A stretch of DNA of 64,000 nucleotides from a virus: positions 3,274 to 67,273 of IMG/VR virus record IMGVR_UViG_3300036832_000455. The stretch is one strand, 5' to 3'. Below the pieces are notes generated by a model. It was not told the DNA's origin. It saw nothing but the letters and a program-made list of their open reading frames with translations, and did not search any database. A program made the translations under genes and the position numbers. Below are positions 47,026 through 54,875 of the stretch, piece by piece. How positions within the stretch are numbered: position 1 is the stretch's first letter; every line of letters begins with the position of its first letter.

Positions 47026-47886
47026 ATGGCACAATTTGCACCGGTAGCCCCTCCTAATGTACTACGAAGCCTTAGGGATCTTGGAGATACTATTGTTGGG
47101 CGTTACCACTTACTGCTCGCTCATGATGTTGTTGCACGACCTCACCTCTACAAGGATCTACTACCTGATGGTAGCTTTGTCATCATGGACAATAGCATTA
47201 TTGAGCTGGGGCATCCAGTCGATGCTCCGACCATGAAGCGAGCCCTTGAGATCGTTCCGTCCAACGTCGTAGTCTTACCTGACGTGATTAAGGACTACGA
47301 CCAGACATTAGAGCTGAGCTTCATGGCAGCCGATCAGTACAGTAAGTTCGTCGATCCGGCCAAAACGAAATACATGGCTGTGCCACAAGGGCAGACTCGA
47401 GCTGAAATAATCAAGTCGGCCTTGGAGCTTGCGTACATCGACAATGTAGGGTGTTGGGGGATACCAAGACACATCACGTCGTGGGAAGGAACTAGAATGG
47501 ATTTCATCAAGTGGATCTGGGAGAAGCAAGAGACCAGACTCAAGAGTAGCCGCTGGGGACCATTCATTCACTTACTTGGATTCTCAGAGAACATGGAGGA
47601 TGATCTCAAGTGCAGTCACCTAAGCGGTGTGCTGGGGATTGACTCGGCCGTACCTGTGAGGATGGGGCAGAACAAACAGATCATACAGAGAACCCAACAA
47701 GCTCACGCCCCTCGAGATGACTGGTGGAGCCGAGCGAGCAGTGACATACAAGCCGAGACGATTGCGAATCTCAGTCTAGTCCGAACATGGCTCCAGCTCG
47801 AGATACCAAGGTTAGCCTATCCACAGCTCGCTCAGGTACAAGAACAAAGTCAGAGGATCAAGGAACCAGCCTCGAGGCTGCTCTAA
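47026..47886 (+). CDS. TGT-fold (DpdA-like) 7-deazaguanine transglycosylase
   Basis: ordered TGT barrel motifs IMDNS, VLPDV, AVPQG, IHLLG, GIDS; no Zn-binding CxCxxC; in the que cluster. Confidence 0.7.
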   Translation: MAQFAPVAPPNVLRSLRDLGDTIVGRYHLLLAHDVVARPHLYKDLLPDGSFVIMDNSIIELGHPVDAPTMKRALEIVPSNVVVLPDVIKDYDQTLELSFMAADQYSKFVDPAKTKYMAVPQGQTRAEIIKSALELAYIDNVGCWGIPRHITSWEGTRMDFIKWIWEKQETRLKSSRWGPFIHLLGFSENMEDDLKCSHLSGVLGIDSAVPVRMGQNKQIIQRTQQAHAPRDDWWSRASSDIQAETIANLSLVRTWLQLEIPRLAYPQLAQVQEQSQRIKEPASRLL

Positions 47887-48010
47887 ATGCAGATCGGGAG
47901 CATTGAGATTCCACTGGCTAGTTCTCCCCCGCTTAGGGAATTTTTTCCTAGCTAGGCATTTATTCCGTTACGGACCGAAGAAACAGACGAGGAAACAGGA
48001 AGGATAACTA

Positions 48011-50686
48011 ATGAAGCTTGCAGGGCCGCAACCTAAGTATGCAACAGAACGGCTAGCCTGCCCAGACTGCCCATACGGAGGGCCAAGATGTGGAAGCCGG
48101 GGGAATCCCGCCGCCCCGATCGTGTTCGTTGGTGAAGCGCCCGGTCAACAAGAGATCCAACACGGTATTCCACTAGTAGGTCCATCAGGGGAAGTCTTCT
48201 GGCAGACGCTTGCTAAGGAGTACGATGGATGTCTAGACGACGTACTGATACTGAACGCCTGTCAGTGCCTCCCCCCTCGAACGAAGGATACGCAAAAGAA
48301 CCTAGCCGTCGTCGCAAGAGCCGCTCAGGCTTGCTCAGTTCGATTGAGGCAGCAGGTATTACAATACCCCCGCCGTTTAGTAGTTGCGATGGGCAACTTT
48401 GCATTACGCTCGCTGACTGGGAACTATGGCTACAAGATCACGCAAATTCGTGGTCAGCTCTTAAGGAGCGACCTAGCATCAGCTGGGCTGCTTCCTGTCA
48501 TCCACCCGGCTGCCCTGCTGAGGGGTACTGGATCCTATCGACTGTTCAAGGAGGATCTCCGCTACGCATCGTCATTGTTGGCAGGTGGACCGCGAAGAAA
48601 GGAAGTGACACCACGCTACCTCACACTGAGGAACAAGTATCAAGTCTCTCAGATGGTTAGCGTGTTGAAAAACAACACATATATCGCGTGCGATACAGAG
48701 ACAGGGGGGTTCAATCACATTACCGATGAAATCCTCGCTGTGGGCTTTTGTAGCGTTCCTGATCTTGTTTATATCGTTCCTGGAGAGCTTGTTCAGCACA
48801 CTGCTCCGCTGTTTGAAGGATCCTCCAGATTCATCTGGCACAACGGCAAGTTCGACATGCGATTCATGCGACGAGAAGTAGGCGAACAGGCTCGCTGCGA
48901 TGAGGATACCATGCTCCTCAGTTACACGCTGGACGAGCAAGGAGGCATACACGATCTAGAGCAGGTCTCGAACGACCTGATAGGCGCTCCTGACTACAAG
49001 CACATGCTCAAGCCGTACTTGCCGAACAGAAAGACCAGCTTCAGAGTCATTCCCAAGCCCATACTCTACCATTACCTTGCACTTGACACAAGCAACACCA
49101 GGCAGATCTTTGACGTCCTACGACCTCGAGTCGCATCTGATCCTAACACAGAGAAGCTCTACACCAGGACGTTGATGCCAGCAGCTGAGTTCCTATACGC
49201 TGTCGAGACGAGAGGCATGATGGTTTGCCCCAATAGGGTAAAGCATCAGGACAAAGTATTACAGGCCGACATAGACTTGGCCTACAATACTATGCAACAT
49301 GTAGCGGCACGATCGGGATTCAACGCCGATATCAACCCAAACAGTCCTCTGCAGTTGCAACATCTCTTCTGGGACATACTGAAGCTGAAGCAGCCTAAGG
49401 CTGGAGACAGGAGCACTAGGCGAGAAATTTTAGACAAGCTCCCTCCACACCCGGCCGTAGTAGCACTGAAGAACTTTCGCAAGGCCGCCAAGGCGAAGTC
49501 GACATACGTGACCTCACTTGAAAGGAATGTAAATGTTGACGGTCGTGTGCACCCTACGTTCCTCATTCACGGTACCAGAACAGGACGGCTGTCAAGTCGC
49601 GGACCTAACATGCAAAATATACCCCGGGGTACAAGTATCCGGGGGATGTATATGGCGCCGCCTGGACACGTGTTCATTAAGGCCGATCTCAACCAAGCTG
49701 AGCTTCGGAGCCTGGCGGTCCTCTCTGGGGACGATTACTTGCTCGGCGTATATGCCCCTGGCAGCCGTCGCAAGCTTCATCACGAGACTGCGGAGGAGTT
49801 TTACCCGGGATGGATCTCGCGAGGGCGAGACAAAACCTATGAAGGGTACGAACAGATCATAAGGGCGAAGGCTGTAAACTTCGGTATAGTGTATGGCCGA
49901 CAGGCGCCATCGATTGCCGAGGAGTTCAAGATCCCTCTGCCTGTTGCGCAGGGCTTCATAGACAAGTGGGCCAACCGTTCGCCTAAAGCTTGGGCGTTCA
50001 TGGCTCGATGCCGTAACGCACCAATCAAGGGACAGAACCTCATTACAGTGTTCGGACGACGAAAGCGTCATTGGCTAGTGACGCGAGAGAACGTCAACAG
50101 TCTGCAGAACGAGGCAAGCAACTTCCCGCATCAATCGATGTCCCATGACATCTGCTTACACGGTGGGATGAAGGCTGCTCCTCTGCTCAAACCGTATGGT
50201 GTGTTCCCCTGCAACGAAGTACACGACGAGGTTATGTTCGAGTGTCCAGACATCCCAGAGCTCATCGCGTTCGCCAAGTATGTGATCGTCAAGTGTATGG
50301 AATCAATCGCGCCAGCTTGGGGATTGACACAGATCCCGTTCTTAGCTGAAGCAGATGTAGGCCGCCGTTGGAATATCTACCGGAATCCAAAGGAGTTCCC
50401 CTATGACTATGTACTGCCCATCCATCATGACGGCAACGGATCCACAGACCGCTGGTGGGAGCCAAGCGCCGAAGTGCTTAGTGCGATCAGAGCTAGCCAA
50501 GGTAACTCTGAACTACTGGTACCTAAGCAAGTTATGCCTGCATCCGGACTCATTATGGGAACGGCCAACAGTTACCAGGGCGTTGACCGAGATCCTGGAG
50601 ATGAGGACTGGGCAGAAGATGACCCCACGCTTATATGGGGTCCTCTCCCAGCTAGCGAACTGGATAGTGGGGACACCGCACCATGA
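48011..50686 (+). CDS. family A DNA polymerase with N-terminal family-4-like uracil-DNA glycosylase domain
   Basis: UDG: CPDC, VGEAPG, HPAALLR; exo: CDTETGG, HNGKFD; pol: TGRLSS, DLNQAELR, KAVNFGIVYG, VHDEV. Confidence 0.92.
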   Translation: MKLAGPQPKYATERLACPDCPYGGPRCGSRGNPAAPIVFVGEAPGQQEIQHGIPLVGPSGEVFWQTLAKEYDGCLDDVLILNACQCLPPRTKDTQKNLAVVARAAQACSVRLRQQVLQYPRRLVVAMGNFALRSLTGNYGYKITQIRGQLLRSDLASAGLLPVIHPAALLRGTGSYRLFKEDLRYASSLLAGGPRRKEVTPRYLTLRNKYQVSQMVSVLKNNTYIACDTETGGFNHITDEILAVGFCSVPDLVYIVPGELVQHTAPLFEGSSRFIWHNGKFDMRFMRREVGEQARCDEDTMLLSYTLDEQGGIHDLEQVSNDLIGAPDYKHMLKPYLPNRKTSFRVIPKPILYHYLALDTSNTRQIFDVLRPRVASDPNTEKLYTRTLMPAAEFLYAVETRGMMVCPNRVKHQDKVLQADIDLAYNTMQHVAARSGFNADINPNSPLQLQHLFWDILKLKQPKAGDRSTRREILDKLPPHPAVVALKNFRKAAKAKSTYVTSLERNVNVDGRVHPTFLIHGTRTGRLSSRGPNMQNIPRGTSIRGMYMAPPGHVFIKADLNQAELRSLAVLSGDDYLLGVYAPGSRRKLHHETAEEFYPGWISRGRDKTYEGYEQIIRAKAVNFGIVYGRQAPSIAEEFKIPLPVAQGFIDKWANRSPKAWAFMARCRNAPIKGQNLITVFGRRKRHWLVTRENVNSLQNEASNFPHQSMSHDICLHGGMKAAPLLKPYGVFPCNEVHDEVMFECPDIPELIAFAKYVIVKCMESIAPAWGLTQIPFLAEADVGRRWNIYRNPKEFPYDYVLPIHHDGNGSTDRWWEPSAEVLSAIRASQGNSELLVPKQVMPASGLIMGTANSYQGVDRDPGDEDWAEDDPTLIWGPLPASELDSGDTAP

Positions 50687-50701
50687 CGCAGCGTAGGTGC
50701 T

Positions 50702-50731
50702 AAAAAGAGGGGGACCGTGAGGTCCCCCTTA
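50702..50731. terminator. terminator between convergent polymerase and tail operons
   Basis: AAAAAG-AGGGGGACC-GTGA-GGTCCCCCT-T. Confidence 0.75.
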
Positions 50732-50803
50732 GTTGTAGCACATCTGTGAGCGGGGGCTACCGCTCACAATGTAACCCATGACTGGAGGAAACAAGAGTCA
50801 GGG

Positions 50804-51883
50804 CTACTCGGTACAGACCCAGAGCCAGCCATCTCCAACTGGCGGCAGCGCCAGAGATACCCAGTGCTCAAGAGATGCTTGGGTCATTCGTATGTCACGT
50901 CGGACTGGGGTGGTCCAATGCTCCAGAGCTGCCTGGGTCATCATCTCAAAGGTGACCGTAATGATCGGTCCCCACTGCTCGAGGGCTGTCTGAGTCAACC
51001 AGACATTAAGTGTGCTAGAACTACCACCCCACTGCTCAAGAGCTGCCTGTGTTAGCTGAACACTCCGTACTGATGGTGTGTACCAGTGCTCGAAAGATGC
51101 TTGTGTCAGCCAGACCTGAGTACTAAGCGATGGGACGAGAGACCACTGCTCAATAATCATCTGAGTCAGCTGAACATTAACACCGGTCGCTAGAGGACCG
51201 ATCCACTGGTCGACTGCAATCTGCGTTAGGTTAGCTGTAGGTGTAGGATTCGTCCCCCACTGGTCAACTACAAACTGAGTACCTATCTCGTAGGTAGGAG
51301 GAGTAGCACCTGAAGTAAAGCCGCTAGTAAAACCGGCTGGGACCGCTCCGACGAATGCAGTGTCACCAAAGTTAGCCGTAACACTAAACGTAGCAGCTGC
51401 TGTAGTACCTACCCATCCATAAAGCGGTCTTGCTCCGGCGATTGGAGCGATCGAAAATCCGCCTACGCCTGTCGCAGGGTTAGCTGCAGCACTACCATTC
51501 CAGTTACCAGAAGGGGCTACTCTAAACCAGATCAGATTGTTGGTAAGGTCAAGAGCTATGCCAGTGACGTCGCCGTTTGTCCGAGCTCCAATCGACCCCA
51601 GAGAGGTAGCGTTGTTGACAGTAATAGCACCGTTAATGTTGGTAATAGTACTGTTGACGCCACTAGCTGCGTTCGTCGACAGGACGGCAGCTGCGTTGGC
51701 TAGGCCAGCCCCGGCAGAAGCTATCCATGTAGTATGGGTGTACTCGAAGTAGAACTTACCTGTAATGTTACGATCTAGAGTACGGACGCCTCCTGCAGCC
51801 GTAGCGGCCGACACAGTGAGGTTATTAGTCCCACTGAGGGTGACGTTTAATCTGTCCGTAGTACTCCAGGTAGTGTTGGCCAT
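50804..51883 (-). CDS. tail fibre/adsorption protein: SPRY/ConA-like domain + 8 TQxxx(D/E)(Q/H)W repeats
   Basis: GKFYFEY...GDVTGIALDL..NLIWFR..GNW SPRY-like pattern; repeats read directly. Confidence 0.65.
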   Translation of the reverse strand: MANTTWSTTDRLNVTLSGTNNLTVSAATAAGGVRTLDRNITGKFYFEYTHTTWIASAGAGLANAAAVLSTNAASGVNSTITNINGAITVNNATSLGSIGARTNGDVTGIALDLTNNLIWFRVAPSGNWNGSAAANPATGVGGFSIAPIAGARPLYGWVGTTAAATFSVTANFGDTAFVGAVPAGFTSGFTSGATPPTYEIGTQFVVDQWGTNPTPTANLTQIAVDQWIGPLATGVNVQLTQMIIEQWSLVPSLSTQVWLTQASFEHWYTPSVRSVQLTQAALEQWGGSSSTLNVWLTQTALEQWGPIITVTFEMMTQAALEHWTTPVRRDIRMTQASLEHWVSLALPPVGDGWLWVCTE

Positions 51884-51897
51884 CGGGCTTTAACGAC

Positions 51898-53370
51898 TTA
51901 CGACGTGACTATGGGGCCGGCTTGGATAGCATTCAGAGCGGGGCCAGTCCAAGCAGCCCCTGTATTAGGATCGTTGATGTCAGATCGCCACAGCCATTGG
52001 AATCCAGTACCCAGAGCTGTAGGGGTCGATTGAACGGTAGTAGATCCGCTCCTGAGTTGGACAGCAGCTCCTCTTGTCCCAGCGTCACTCTTCTCAACGA
52101 ACCCTCTAGTGGTCACTAGGATAGCTGCTGGAATAGGAGCTGTTCCAAACCCGTAGAAGTCGACATCACCTACGTTCGAGTCATAGACGTACGTTGCGGT
52201 ACCGTCCTGTTGAGCTTCGTTGACGTATTCGCAATTCAAAGTTGCGGTAACAGTAACTGTAGATACCTTCATGTTGGCAGAGGCAAGAGCATTTGCAGTG
52301 AGGGTACTAGGTGGGAAGCTAGCATACGCCACTGTAGCTGAATACAAATTATTAAGGGTCTGTACGTTAAACGTAATTGTAGCGTCTTGGTCGAACGCGA
52401 GCCAGTAGGTCTGACCTGCAGTCACAGATAGAGGAGGTGTGAATGTTACGGTATTAATACCGGCAACCGGGTTAGTAGTCTCGCTAGAGGTTGCAAGTAA
52501 GACGTTTCTAGTACTGTCATATATTGCAGCTTTTACATGCCCTGTGGCAGCGCTGGGCACAGCGAAAGTTGCACTTCCAATGGTCCCTGTATGTGATACC
52601 GTAAATGGAGCTGCTATCAAAGCGCCAGCTGCCTGAGCAGCCTGTGTTGAGAGGACCGCTACATTAACGCTAACAGTAGGTGGACTTGCGGCGAATTGCT
52701 TGCTTACGTCACTAACAGGCATTCGTGTGTAGCACCTGATATCACCGACCCACGGCACAGCGGTAGGATCACTTCTCCAGAGGAGATCGTCGATCTGCTG
52801 GAAGTTAGCTCCTGGATTCCCAGGCATTCCGATAGTCAGTCGGTTGGCGTAGTTGTTGGTGGATCCAGCTCGAGTGTTTAGATTAATTGCCTGGAAGTCG
52901 TTAACATTATTGCCGTTACGGCGGACCGTGATCGAGCCCGCAGTATTGTGGATGACGACCTCTATTTCATAGGCGATCCAAATGTTGCCGGCGGTTACTG
53001 CTGTCGGCCACTGGACAAGTATGGTGGGAGTTGTAGTCATAGCTCCGGACGCAAGGAACATACGACCGTTGCCGTCAAATGCCACGAAGCATTGAGCGCT
53101 AGCACCGTCGTTAAGCTGGAAACACGCAGAAACAGAGGTGTTGCCCAGTGAGGCGTTCTGATAGAAGCCAAATACCAGGTGGTGGACGCTATCGTTGTTG
53201 CCAGAGCTCTTCACTAGTTGACCTCCCTGAAAAGAGGTCAGACCACATGCCCTGCTGCCAGTAAATCTACCAGTGGTCAGTGCAGTGAACCCGGAACCGC
53301 TGTCCCAATAACCGGCGAGAGCATCAGCCGGGACGGCATAGCTGTCGAAGCCATCTCCAAACATGTACAT
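51898..53370 (-). CDS. virion adsorption protein, GFD-family paralog A
   Basis: MYMFGDGFDSY...DDLLWRSDPTAVPWVGDIRC...DPNTGAAW. Confidence 0.65.
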   Translation of the reverse strand: MYMFGDGFDSYAVPADALAGYWDSGSGFTALTTGRFTGSRACGLTSFQGGQLVKSSGNNDSVHHLVFGFYQNASLGNTSVSACFQLNDGASAQCFVAFDGNGRMFLASGAMTTTPTILVQWPTAVTAGNIWIAYEIEVVIHNTAGSITVRRNGNNVNDFQAINLNTRAGSTNNYANRLTIGMPGNPGANFQQIDDLLWRSDPTAVPWVGDIRCYTRMPVSDVSKQFAASPPTVSVNVAVLSTQAAQAAGALIAAPFTVSHTGTIGSATFAVPSAATGHVKAAIYDSTRNVLLATSSETTNPVAGINTVTFTPPLSVTAGQTYWLAFDQDATITFNVQTLNNLYSATVAYASFPPSTLTANALASANMKVSTVTVTATLNCEYVNEAQQDGTATYVYDSNVGDVDFYGFGTAPIPAAILVTTRGFVEKSDAGTRGAAVQLRSGSTTVQSTPTALGTGFQWLWRSDINDPNTGAAWTGPALNAIQAGPIVTS

Positions 53371-53387
53371 GTCTCTGACTCCTACTG

Positions 53388-54875
53388 CTACGATACTACG
53401 GTAGGACCGATCTGGACGCTATTGACAGCTGTTGAAACCCAGGGTGCCCCGGTATTCGGGTCGTTAGCATCTGTGCGCCATATCCATCCCCAGTTAGTGC
53501 CGAGGAAGATAGGAGTGGCCTGAACAGTAGTAGCACCGCTCTTCAGCTGGATGGAACCTGTCTTAGCTCCAGCGTCCGACTTCTCGAAGTACCCTCTGAC
53601 TGTGGTACAGACCGTACTAGCCGGCGTACCAGGTAACCCCGAAATCCCGTAGAAGTCCGCATCTCCTGGAAGATTATCGTACACGTAGGTAGTAGTTGCA
53701 TCTTGCTGCGGTTCAGATACCAGACTGTAATTTCCAGCTGTAAGGTTAATAACGCCTCCAGGACAAGAAGCGGCACTACCCAGCGGGTATGTTGGAAGTG
53801 CTGGATTAGCTACGGGGAAGGTTGCGTAAGGCATTGGAAAGTTCACAGCTCCAAACGTAGTGTTGTTGAATGGCAAGTTAGCTAACGCAGCATCTGAGCA
53901 GAAAGCCAGAAAGTAGTAAGTGTTAGGAGTGAGAGTAGGAGCGGTCGTGAAGGTAAAAGTATTGGTACCTAATACCAGACCTGTAAGAGGGTTAGAGGTT
54001 GCTACTACAGCTCCTGGTCCTCCGTTCGGCCCGGTAGTGTCATAAATCGCAGCCATGACATGACCTGCAGAGGTAGCGGCCGGCGTAAGAGTCGCCGACT
54101 GCAATACTCCTCCTCCAGCAGTCAGGAACCTCTGACACTGAAGGCAATTGGCGTTCAGACCAACGACGCTCCCTGAGCCCATGTTTACGGCTATGGTACT
54201 GACGTTCTTGCTAAACTGAACTGACTGGTCTGACGCTGGCATCCTCGTATAGCACCGAATATCCCCTACCCAAGGTACGGCCGTTGGATCGGAACGCCAC
54301 AAGAAGTCGTCTATGATCCAGGTCGGTCCTCCAGCCGTTTGAGCTCCTATCTGGATCCTGTTCGCATAGTTGTTAGCTGTACCACCTCGAGTGTTCAAGG
54401 CGGTAGCTGTAAAGTCGTTAGAGGTATTACCGTTCTTTCGGACTGAAATACTACCTGCTGTGTTGTGGACCACCACCTCTATCTCGTACGCATTCCAGTT
54501 GTTTATACCTGTTATGGCTGTCGGCCAGGTAGCAATAACAGTACCCCCTATGCCCCCTGAGAGTAGGAGTAGCGCACCATCACTTCTGAATTCTACCGTA
54601 CACTGAGCAGCACCAACATCGCTAATCTGTATGTACATTCCTATGTTAGTGCCTGATAGAGCAGTAGTATGGTCGTATGCGAACACGAAGTGATGGACGG
54701 AGTCATTGCTGTTACTGCTCTTTACCAATCCTGCAGTGTTACCACCGTACTGTAGACCCCTGGAGCCTACAAATCTACCCGGGACTATTGCAGGACCTAC
54801 AGCAGAGTCCCAGTACCCTGCCGCAGCATCGCCTACAGCTGAGTACAGGTCGAAGCCGTCACCGAAGTAGTACAT
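53388..54875 (-). CDS. virion adsorption protein, GFD-family paralog B
   Basis: MYYFGDGFDLY...DDFLWRSDPTAVPWVGDIRC...DPNTGAPW. Confidence 0.65.
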   Translation of the reverse strand: MYYFGDGFDLYSAVGDAAAGYWDSAVGPAIVPGRFVGSRGLQYGGNTAGLVKSSNSNDSVHHFVFAYDHTTALSGTNIGMYIQISDVGAAQCTVEFRSDGALLLLSGGIGGTVIATWPTAITGINNWNAYEIEVVVHNTAGSISVRKNGNTSNDFTATALNTRGGTANNYANRIQIGAQTAGGPTWIIDDFLWRSDPTAVPWVGDIRCYTRMPASDQSVQFSKNVSTIAVNMGSGSVVGLNANCLQCQRFLTAGGGVLQSATLTPAATSAGHVMAAIYDTTGPNGGPGAVVATSNPLTGLVLGTNTFTFTTAPTLTPNTYYFLAFCSDAALANLPFNNTTFGAVNFPMPYATFPVANPALPTYPLGSAASCPGGVINLTAGNYSLVSEPQQDATTTYVYDNLPGDADFYGISGLPGTPASTVCTTVRGYFEKSDAGAKTGSIQLKSGATTVQATPIFLGTNWGWIWRTDANDPNTGAPWVSTAVNSVQIGPTVVS

